Part shown: positions 9,274-17,070 of the stretch, piece by piece | How the letters are laid out: each line of letters begins with the position of its first letter | Position numbering within the stretch: the first letter of the stretch is position 1 | NCBI GenBank assembly: GCA_044426085.1 | Contig: JAWXUU010000001.1 | Coordinates: 15,084-79,083, forward strand | Reading direction: 5' to 3' | DNA length: 64,000 bases | Origin: Bacillota bacterium | Lineage (GTDB): Bacteria; Bacillota; Clostridia; Christensenellales; CAMQZB01 | The notes under the pieces: model-generated | What the model was told of the DNA's origin: nothing | The model's input: the letters and a program-made list of their open reading frames with translations, nothing else | Database searches by the model: none | Made by a program: the position numbers and the translations under genes

Positions 9274-10332
9274 CTATGACCTGGATTTGAATCGTCCTGT
9301 TTTTTCATCTATGTACCCCATTTCTATCATCTTATCTAGTAGCCTGCCCGCCCTTGGGAAGCCCAATGAGAATTTTCTTTGAAGCATAGTTATAGTCAAT
9401 TTATCGCAAGTTTTTGCATACTCCACTGCTGCTTCAAAAAATTCATCTAGTTCGTGAATTTCTGGTATACCTGAAATCTCCACTTTTTTTGCTTGAATTT
9501 CTGTATGTCCAAATTCTTTTTCACCTAACCCCAAAATGATTGAAACAGTTATTCCACTAGCATATGTATCACAGCAAACTGTTCCAAACATTATATTTGA
9601 GTCTGAATGTACTTCATTTCGTATTACATCTGCGACATTTGAAATCTCGCTTATATTTATATCATGATAGCTTGAACAAACAAGTATCACAGCACTCATA
9701 CAACTTGAAATATTGTTTGCGATACATGGCTTTTTGATTGCTTCTAGTGTAGCGCTTGCAGCTTTATTATCTCCATCAACGCACGAGCCACTTGCCACCA
9801 ATGTATAGCGATTTCCCATTGTCATAATATCAATGTCTGCATAATCAAGGTTGATTATGCCAGGATTATTCGTTGCGCTTTCTATCGCACAAATATAATC
9901 AATAACCATATCATAAATATCTGTGATAGCTTCTTTATCTTCAGTTATTTCATGACTTTCTGTCAGCAACATTTTTGCCGAAAATACCACAGCCTCCGCT
10001 TGATATGGCAATTTCTCCTTTTTTTCAATATTATTATCAACCCATGGTTCAATCACAAGAACCTTATTTTGCATATTTGTACCAACACCAAATTCCCCTA
10101 TTGTATCGTGAACCACAACGCTTGTTTCGCTGCTGTATTCGCAAATTGTATAGATTATGTCGCCACCCTTAATGAAGGATTCAATGCAACCTATATCACC
10201 TTTTTCTTCGATAAAAAGACAATCTTCTTCCGATATTGTTTCTAGTTTTTCGTATTTTATAGCTTTTTCAATAGCTGCTTTGCCAGCATAACCTACGCCA
10301 ATTATTTTAATGTTTATATTTAAATTTTCCAT
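9274..10332 (-). CDS. FtsZ-fold protein with degenerate GTP-binding motifs fused to an FtsK-gamma-like winged helix (paralog 2)
   Basis: IKIIGVGYAGKAAIEKAI vs FtsZ IKVIGVGGGGNNAVNRMI. PGIINLDYADIDIM vs PGLINLDFADVKTIM. C-domain LVASGSC..DNKAASATLEAIKKPC...AVILVCSSYHDINISEISNVADVIRNEV.SDSNIMFGTV...ITVSIILGLG. The tubulin signature position reads CEYSSETS. The C-terminal LTITMLQRKFSLGFPRAGRLLDKMIEMGYI resembles FtsK gamma. Confidence 0.7.
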   Translation of the reverse strand: MENLNINIKIIGVGYAGKAAIEKAIKYEKLETISEEDCLFIEEKGDIGCIESFIKGGDIIYTICEYSSETSVVVHDTIGEFGVGTNMQNKVLVIEPWVDNNIEKKEKLPYQAEAVVFSAKMLLTESHEITEDKEAITDIYDMVIDYICAIESATNNPGIINLDYADIDIMTMGNRYTLVASGSCVDGDNKAASATLEAIKKPCIANNISSCMSAVILVCSSYHDINISEISNVADVIRNEVHSDSNIMFGTVCCDTYASGITVSIILGLGEKEFGHTEIQAKKVEISGIPEIHELDEFFEAAVEYAKTCDKLTITMLQRKFSLGFPRAGRLLDKMIEMGYIDEKTGRFKSRS

Positions 10333-10353
10333 AATATTCCCCTTATACCTATT

Positions 10354-11460
10354 TTATTGTGTTTTTAGTTCCAACTTGTTGCAATTATAAAATGCATCTC
10401 TAGCAATATTCTCAATACCACCACTCATTTTCACTTCTTGTAAATTACCACATCTAGCAAATGCTTGTTTTTGAATTTCAATTACTGAGCTAGGTGTATT
10501 CACCGATTTAATATAGCTGTTATTCATAAATGCTGAATTTGAAATGATTTTAACACTATCTGGGATATCAAAATGTTCATCACTTTTCCCGCATGGATAT
10601 ATGAGCAACGTTTTGCCATCAGCGGAAAACAACACACCATCTACGCTTTTATATAATGAACTGCCGTTTTCGATGGTTACCCCTTTTAGTTCATGACAAG
10701 CGTGAAAAGCATGATTACCAAACTCTCCAAGTTGCGTGAATATTACATCTTTGTTTAGATATACTCTCTCTAGATACTTACACCCCGAGAATGCACCAGC
10801 TCCGATTGTCAAAAGTTTTGAGCAATCGATATTTTTAATTCTTGCACAACCTCTAAATGCATAAAGGTCAACATGCAGAACATTTTTCATATCTACACTT
10901 TCAAGACCAGTGCAGCCATCGAACATTGCGCATGGAATTCTATCGATTTTGTTATTAAATTCGAAGTGTTGCAAAGTGATGCACATCTCAAATGCTGTCT
11001 GGTCAACTGATGCAATGCTGTCTGGCATAATAAATTCTTCTATACTGCTGTTGGAAAAAGCAAAACTGCCAATGCTTTTCGCGCCCAACATCACTTTGTC
11101 TATATCACAATACGGGTTGTTTGGATAGAAAATAAGTTTGTCCGTTCCTTTTTCAAAAACAGCACCATCTCTATCATAAAAATATTCGTTATCCTTATCC
11201 ACCGTTATTCTTTCTAGGTTTGCAAAATACATAAAGCTACGCGCTTCCATATATTGAATTTTTGAATGCAAAACTATTTCAGATATCATACCTGGATATT
11301 TGCCCATATATCGAAATGAACTGCTAACTCCACAAACAGTTTCGCCGTCATACTCAAGCGGAACAGCTATAGTGCGCGACTCACCCTCATATGAACAAAG
11401 CATAGTCAAACCGTATTCTTTTACAAACTCAAATTCCTCTTTTTGTTTATCATCACACAT
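10354..11460 (-). CDS. BspA-type leucine-rich repeat (LRR_5-like) protein, no signal peptide
   Basis: Repeated units such as IGSFAFSNSSIEEFIMPDSIASVDQTAFEMCITLQHFEF, IPCAMFDGCTGLESVDM and ISNSAFMNNSYIKSVNTPSSVIEIQKQAFARCGNLQEVKM. ATG 11460 is preferred, with GGGGGA 8 nt upstream. Confidence 0.7.
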   Translation of the reverse strand: MCDDKQKEEFEFVKEYGLTMLCSYEGESRTIAVPLEYDGETVCGVSSSFRYMGKYPGMISEIVLHSKIQYMEARSFMYFANLERITVDKDNEYFYDRDGAVFEKGTDKLIFYPNNPYCDIDKVMLGAKSIGSFAFSNSSIEEFIMPDSIASVDQTAFEMCITLQHFEFNNKIDRIPCAMFDGCTGLESVDMKNVLHVDLYAFRGCARIKNIDCSKLLTIGAGAFSGCKYLERVYLNKDVIFTQLGEFGNHAFHACHELKGVTIENGSSLYKSVDGVLFSADGKTLLIYPCGKSDEHFDIPDSVKIISNSAFMNNSYIKSVNTPSSVIEIQKQAFARCGNLQEVKMSGGIENIARDAFYNCNKLELKTQ

Positions 11461-11497
11461 AATATATTCCCCCACTTATTTTTTCGAAAGTTGTTCC

Positions 11498-11526
11498 ATT
11501 GTATCACTTTTATAACAAAATTTCAA
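11498..11526 (-). promoter_or_regulatory. Candidate internal sigma-A promoter upstream of the LRR gene
   Basis: On the minus strand: TTGAAA (11526-11521), a 17-nt spacer, then TACAAT (11503-11498), inside the 164-nt gap after the VirD4-like gene. Confidence 0.4.
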
Positions 11527-11624
11527 GAGTTTTTGCGAAAAAATTTTTATACATTTTTCTAGCTAATTCCCCAATTGTCTTGATTACGAAACAACCAATT
11601 AAATTACCAACAAACATATCTATC

Positions 11625-13337
11625 CTATCCAAACAAATCAAATGGGTCGGCGCTTTTTTTGGCTGCAGTTTTTATATATTGGTATGTATATTTTTTATCG
11701 TGAATATTCACTGTTGATTTATAATCTTCAATATCCGCTTCATCACAAATATATTCAGGACAGTTATAATATCTTTCCAAATAAGTTTTTAAAACATATT
11801 TTAAAGCAGATGATTTGATATAAATTTCGCCCTCTTCGAGTCCCGAAAGTTGACTTACTGGCACAACGGGCATCTCAAGAAAATTACATCTTTCAATATT
11901 TTCACCACTACACCCAAACACATCAATAGGTGACAAAACTTGTCTTGTCCCACACATTCTTGAAAATTTTTGTTGCGTTTCATAGTTATTTGAAGACAAA
12001 AAATATGTTGTTGCAATGTTATCCAATATAGTTCCATATTCACTAGGATATTTTTTCTCTAGTTGGCAATAACTTTGCAATACTAGTGTCATATAAATCC
12101 CTCGCCCAGCCGAAACACTCATTTGCGTATCAAAATCTTCTATGACAGGCATATTACCAAATTCATCCAAAATGAAATGCACATCTCTTGTGGGCACTTT
12201 AGCTTGACCTTTTAGTCTTACTAGCTTTGAGTAGAAATCAGCGATAAATAAAGATATCGCTTCATATCCTGATTTCTTTTCATCTGGAAAAATTATATAA
12301 AGAATTGCAGGTTTTTCTTGAGAAATAAAGTCTTCAGCACTGAACGTGCTAGTCAATGATATATTCTTTTCCACAACGTTACCAAAGTGTGATATATGTG
12401 AGGAAAGCACTGATTCAATGCTATTTCTAGTCTGATCGGGAGCATTAAGATATCCGCCAGCCCTGCGCTTTGCTATGCTGTCATCAGGGCGTTCTCGCAA
12501 AAATTCACTTCCATGTCTTTTTCCTAACCCATCTTCAAACAACATTTTCACAGTTGCCATATTGAAGTTATCCCTTGTGACTTTTCCTTTAGGATTTTTG
12601 CCGTCTACATCTTCAAGTAAGCCTATAATATATCCTTCTATCTCATCTCGTGAAGCGCTATCCCAAAATGGGTCTTTTTGATTCATGCTCTTTATTGATT
12701 GCACAACAAAATCATGTATTAATTCGAATGCCAAATGCCTATGAAAATATTCTTCATCAGCTATAAATTTACGACATTCCGTTATCGATTCAAAGATTTT
12801 TCCATCATATAGCAAACATCTTCTGCCATCTTTTGTCGTAACAAAGTTTGTTTCTTTTAATTCCGCACCTTTATTCACATATAAGTCAAACGCACTTTGC
12901 AATATATTGTAAGAATCACTATACCTATAATCCCTAAAGTTTAGCAAGCGTACATCATAGCCTAAATTTCGCATCATTACTGCAGTCTTAGCATACAGCT
13001 CGCCTTTAGGATCTGTTTCTATTATCGATGGTTTTTCAGCCGATTGCGCAAGGTTGAGCGTTTGTGGAATAATTAAACCTGTGGTTTTTCCACTTCTCGT
13101 GCTTCCAACTATACATTGATGACCTGGGTGCTTAGTATAAACTTGGTATAATTTGCCATTAACTCGCCTATTAGACAACAATGAGCCTAGTTGCTTTTGC
13201 TTATTCAAATCTTCATATTTGACCATATTTTGATCCCATAATCCGAATAAATCTGTTTTTAAATCACCTGTGGAGCATATCCTATCATGCTCTTGCACTA
13301 CATCATCCTTTATTTTTGATATTTTTAGCATACTCAC
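11625..13337 (-). CDS. VirD4/TraG-family coupling-protein-like ATPase lacking N-terminal transmembrane segments
   Basis: Walker A GSTRSGKTTGLIIP, DPKGELY, Walker B HFILDEFGNMP, and GRGIYMTLVLQSYCQLEKKY. No hydrophobic N-terminus. Start is ambiguous (GTG 13337 or ATG 13331). Confidence 0.75.
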   Translation of the reverse strand: MSMLKISKIKDDVVQEHDRICSTGDLKTDLFGLWDQNMVKYEDLNKQKQLGSLLSNRRVNGKLYQVYTKHPGHQCIVGSTRSGKTTGLIIPQTLNLAQSAEKPSIIETDPKGELYAKTAVMMRNLGYDVRLLNFRDYRYSDSYNILQSAFDLYVNKGAELKETNFVTTKDGRRCLLYDGKIFESITECRKFIADEEYFHRHLAFELIHDFVVQSIKSMNQKDPFWDSASRDEIEGYIIGLLEDVDGKNPKGKVTRDNFNMATVKMLFEDGLGKRHGSEFLRERPDDSIAKRRAGGYLNAPDQTRNSIESVLSSHISHFGNVVEKNISLTSTFSAEDFISQEKPAILYIIFPDEKKSGYEAISLFIADFYSKLVRLKGQAKVPTRDVHFILDEFGNMPVIEDFDTQMSVSAGRGIYMTLVLQSYCQLEKKYPSEYGTILDNIATTYFLSSNNYETQQKFSRMCGTRQVLSPIDVFGCSGENIERCNFLEMPVVPVSQLSGLEEGEIYIKSSALKYVLKTYLERYYNCPEYICDEADIEDYKSTVNIHDKKYTYQYIKTAAKKSADPFDLFG

Positions 13338-13338
13338 C

Positions 13339-13905
13339 TCAATAGCCTATCTTCGTTCCACTTTTAGCTTTACGCCGTGATATTTCCTTACTTTTATCTA
13401 CTATATAGCTTGCAGAATACATATCAAAAACATGTTTGTCCATATGTTTATAAACAATCCTCGTTAGTTCCTCAAAAAGTTTATCTATTGCAAAATCATC
13501 TTTACAAATACACTGTGCTTTATTGAATTCTGAAATAAAGCTTTCCATTTTTCCACTCAAACTTTCAAGCGACATTTCCATATCAGAAGCACTAGTTAAT
13601 TCTTCAACTATATATACCGCTGTTTTTTTAGCGATAAACACAAGCCCTTCTTCATCGCTCATGACTTTATCGAGTGCTTTGTTCTTATAATCTAAATATC
13701 GTAAATACATTCTGAAATCATTTGGCTTGTCTAGTTCTATCATTCCTTCACTGTTAATAACTTCCCAAAATTCATCAGCATTTTTCATTTCACAATATTC
13801 TGATATTTCATTATAAAATAACTGTTTATTGATAACCTCATACCCCTTCATAATATCCAAAAGAAAGTATATTATCATAAACCTACCAATACATACATCT
13901 TTCAT
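13339..13905 (-). CDS. Hypothetical protein (188 aa from preferred start)
   Basis: ATG 13905 is preceded by GAAGGTGGG. The track start at 13965 would overlap the upstream stop. No recognisable motifs. Confidence 0.55.
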   Translation of the reverse strand: MKDVCIGRFMIIYFLLDIMKGYEVINKQLFYNEISEYCEMKNADEFWEVINSEGMIELDKPNDFRMYLRYLDYKNKALDKVMSDEEGLVFIAKKTAVYIVEELTSASDMEMSLESLSGKMESFISEFNKAQCICKDDFAIDKLFEELTRIVYKHMDKHVFDMYSASYIVDKSKEISRRKAKSGTKIGY

Positions 13906-13961
13906 TTTACCCACCTTCACTTTGTTATAACCATTAATCATACACACATATTTTATATGTA

Positions 13962-15353
13962 TCAATTATGTTTATTTTTATATTGTTCAGAACGCTTCTC
14001 ATTCTGTTCCTTGCTAGTGAATACCATTTTTTCTAGTGTTCCACCAAGAATATATTTCTTATCGCATTGCAAATCTTTTACAATGTTTTTTCCAATCAAC
14101 CTGCCTATATCACTTATAAGCGCCCTCACCCCAAAAGCTGTTGCGCCATATTTTTTAACAACATCTTTACGTATTGAGCTTTTAATATTAGCTATTTCAA
14201 TCCCGTATTCTTTGGCACTGTTTTTTATTGCGATATTCATGATTTCATGCATATCTTCTTTTGACAGCTGCCTATACTCAACAAAATATCCGATACGGCT
14301 GGCAATCTCTGGCTTAAATCCGTTATCTACCATTGTTTGGCGACATTCATCACTTCTGCTTTGTTGGGTTTTTAAAACTTCCGTAGATTCAACGTTGATG
14401 CCACAGGCAAATCCTACGTTAGATTTCTTATCAGTTTTGATATTGGAAGTAAGCATGATTATACATCTTGAACAATCATATTCAGAGACACCGTTCTCAT
14501 CTGCTCTTGCTAGCGTTATGACTCCGTTATCAAATATACTCATCAATGCGACGTGAATGTTTGAATGTGCTTTTTCATATTCGTCAAGTAAGATTATAAG
14601 TGAATTCGTTTTACGTATTGGTTCAAGCACCGTCTTATCATCATACCCAGCATATCCCGCCGGAGAGCCGAAAAGCTGTGAAATACGATATTCTTCCGTA
14701 TATTCATTGCAGTTTATCGTGATTACTTTGTTATCAAATCCACAATCTGCTTTAGCTAATTCCTCTGCAAGATATTTTGCTGTCGCTGTCTTTCCAACTC
14801 CAGTTGGACCTGACAACATAATGGATACTGGCTTTTTTGGATTAGGCTTCTTAAGATGATTGGAAACGCACTCAACAACCTGCTCAAGTTGATTGTCTTG
14901 TCCCACAATTTTTGATTTGAGATTTCTTGTTATATTATCGCTATCAATATAGCATGCACCGTATTTTTTTTGTGTGTTCTTACGTTTATCATTTTCATCA
15001 TCATATTCATAATCATCGTCTTCAAAACCATACCGCATACAATATTTTGCATAGTTATAATTGAATTTTATTTCATCAAACAATTCGACTATATCATATT
15101 CTGAACCGCAAAAGATTTTGCCATATGTAGAAAGAATAAGAATGCTTCGACACTTGCCAAAGTAACACATATCATAATGACTTTTTTGTGCTAGATAAAC
15201 GCATATTCCATTATTTCCTGATGTTTCAAATACCAATTCCGTTTCCTCATCCAAAAAATTAACGCTGTATTTAATTCGCCTAGGATTCCCCGCTGTAAGT
15301 TTTCTCCAAATATCTTGATCGACGATATTCTTTTTAATAAAGAATTTTTCCAT
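13962..15353 (-). CDS. AAA+ ATPase of the Clp/Hsp100 D2 type with an unknown N-terminal domain
   Basis: IVGQDNQLEQV...KPVSIMLSGPTGVGKTATAKYLAEELA; ITINCNEYTEEYRISQLFGSPAGYAGYDD; Walker B LIILLDEYEKAHSNIHVALMSIFDNGVIT; IIMLTSN. ATG 15353 is preferred (AAAGGAGGA 7 nt upstream). The track start at 15443 lies inside a hairpin. Confidence 0.8.
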   Translation of the reverse strand: MEKFFIKKNIVDQDIWRKLTAGNPRRIKYSVNFLDEETELVFETSGNNGICVYLAQKSHYDMCYFGKCRSILILSTYGKIFCGSEYDIVELFDEIKFNYNYAKYCMRYGFEDDDYEYDDENDKRKNTQKKYGACYIDSDNITRNLKSKIVGQDNQLEQVVECVSNHLKKPNPKKPVSIMLSGPTGVGKTATAKYLAEELAKADCGFDNKVITINCNEYTEEYRISQLFGSPAGYAGYDDKTVLEPIRKTNSLIILLDEYEKAHSNIHVALMSIFDNGVITLARADENGVSEYDCSRCIIMLTSNIKTDKKSNVGFACGINVESTEVLKTQQSRSDECRQTMVDNGFKPEIASRIGYFVEYRQLSKEDMHEIMNIAIKNSAKEYGIEIANIKSSIRKDVVKKYGATAFGVRALISDIGRLIGKNIVKDLQCDKKYILGGTLEKMVFTSKEQNEKRSEQYKNKHN

Positions 15354-15416
15354 GTAATCCTCCTTTGAATACACACTTATTCTTATAACGCAATATTTTT
15401 TGCCGTTGGTTGAGTA

Positions 15417-15449
15417 AGCTAGGTGCACATTTTTCATGTGCACCTAGCT
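15417..15449. other. Strong 14-bp-stem intercistronic hairpin between the Hsp70-like and AAA+ genes
   Basis: agctaggtgcacat-ttttc-atgtgcacctagct, 8 nt after the Hsp70-like stop. No U-tract follows on the transcribed strand. Confidence 0.7.
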
Positions 15450-15456
15450 GTTTCAA

Positions 15457-17010
15457 TTACATCGCATGTGTTTGCGATTCTTCTCTGTGTGGTATTCTGT
15501 TGCCTTTTTTATCATGAAGAGTTATATCGATGGTAGAGTTATGCATTTTTAGAGTTATGTCAAACGCAAACTTATGCGATTTTTCTCCGAACCATGCTTT
15601 ATAATATTTCTTTGGCACATCGATAGTGCATTTTGAACCATGCATTTTTGCATATTCGACAGGAACAACCTGCTTGGTTGAATCGTTTTCAAAAACTTCG
15701 ATTGTGACCACTTCTTGTTTTTTCTCGTATGGAATAAATTTTCCATCACTTTTGACTTCAACCCCACCACAGAGATTATCAATAGGTGAACCTTTGATGA
15801 TGATATTGCTTATATATGGGCCCTCATCACTTCTGCAAAGCACGCCATATGAATGTTGAATCACATCGCTGATTTTTGATGATACATAGTTTGTTTTGAA
15901 ATATGAATAGTATGCATTCCCAAGAGCGATTGCCTCGCTTGGCTTAAATGCAACTATATTTGATTCGCTAACTCTGCTTTTGAATTTGCGAATCATCATA
16001 TTTCTCACCATTGGCATTGCAGATGCACCGCCGACAAGCACAATTTTATCTATTCTTCCAGAATATTCTTTCATGCAGCTATCAACCACAGCTTCGATTT
16101 TCTTTAGTTCTGCACTGCTTTCACTTTCAAATTGAGTTCGTGAAATTGTCAAGAAGTCGTCGTCGCCTTTTGGAATGGTTGCAAACTGCTCGTTTGAAAG
16201 AATGTGTTTTGCTCTGTGAATATCATCTTCAAACCTAGAAATCTCCTCAAGAGTTGCATTTTTGCTAATACCGCCCTTGCTCTTTGCCATATTTTGCAAT
16301 ATTGTATCGAAATTTCTTCCACCAATTGCAATGTCGCCATAGCATTTTATTACATTTATTCTATCACCCGACCTTTCAACGATTGCAACGTCTGTTGTGC
16401 CCGCACCTACGTCTAGCACCAACACTATTTGATTTCCCATAACTAGCGAATCTTTCACGTATGCAAATGCGGCTGCTTTTGGCTCTTCGATAATATGAAT
16501 TCTTTCCATTGCAATTCCAGTGGCTTCACTTATACCTTTCAAAATATATTTATTATATTCCGAAGCGGAGTTGCGACTGTTTTCACTGCCAAGACCAGCA
16601 GGCGTTGAAATAGTCAGTTCAATATCAGAATACCCTGTCGCCTCATCAACAAAGTGCATCTCTTTCATTTTCTTGATTGCTATATCAAGAGCGTACTTTG
16701 CAAACCCAATAACAACTTCATTTATCGAAAAAGTTTTGCCATTTGAATTGAAAACTTCCTTGTTGTTTAGTTCAAGATTTGAGATTTTACGTATGTCACT
16801 CTTGAAATACTTAATCACCGATTTTTGATTCCTTTCTGCATTTGCTATTTCTAAGGATTCATTGCCAAAAATAAGCGTTCCTTTATTATGAGAATAGTAG
16901 GCAACACTCTTATCTTCTGCGACTATTCTCGCATGCTCGCCAACTGTGATTGCTACACTTGAATTTTCATTCCCTAGGTCTATGCCTACGTTATAAGTTT
17001 TGTTATTCAT
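15457..17010 (-). CDS. Hsp70/DnaK-family ATPase with a beta-sandwich-like C-terminus and no helical lid
   Basis: VGIDLGNENSSVA (phosphate-1, TT to NE), IIEEPKAAAFAY, VLDVGAGTTDVAIV and IVLVGGASAMPMV. The C-terminal 130 aa resemble SBD-beta. The protein ends at 517 aa. Confidence 0.8.
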   Translation of the reverse strand: MNNKTYNVGIDLGNENSSVAITVGEHARIVAEDKSVAYYSHNKGTLIFGNESLEIANAERNQKSVIKYFKSDIRKISNLELNNKEVFNSNGKTFSINEVVIGFAKYALDIAIKKMKEMHFVDEATGYSDIELTISTPAGLGSENSRNSASEYNKYILKGISEATGIAMERIHIIEEPKAAAFAYVKDSLVMGNQIVLVLDVGAGTTDVAIVERSGDRINVIKCYGDIAIGGRNFDTILQNMAKSKGGISKNATLEEISRFEDDIHRAKHILSNEQFATIPKGDDDFLTISRTQFESESSAELKKIEAVVDSCMKEYSGRIDKIVLVGGASAMPMVRNMMIRKFKSRVSESNIVAFKPSEAIALGNAYYSYFKTNYVSSKISDVIQHSYGVLCRSDEGPYISNIIIKGSPIDNLCGGVEVKSDGKFIPYEKKQEVVTIEVFENDSTKQVVPVEYAKMHGSKCTIDVPKKYYKAWFGEKSHKFAFDITLKMHNSTIDITLHDKKGNRIPHREESQTHAM

Positions 17011-17070
17011 TTTTTATCCTCCATGTTTTTATAAAACGCTTTTCTTAGCGTATGGTTACTTGATTGAATA

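Noticed and set aside
15354-15443. Track start of the AAA+ ORF at 15443.
   Set aside because: The first 9 codons are themselves the arms of the 14-bp hairpin and no RBS precedes them. ATG 15353 has AAAGGAGGA at ideal spacing.
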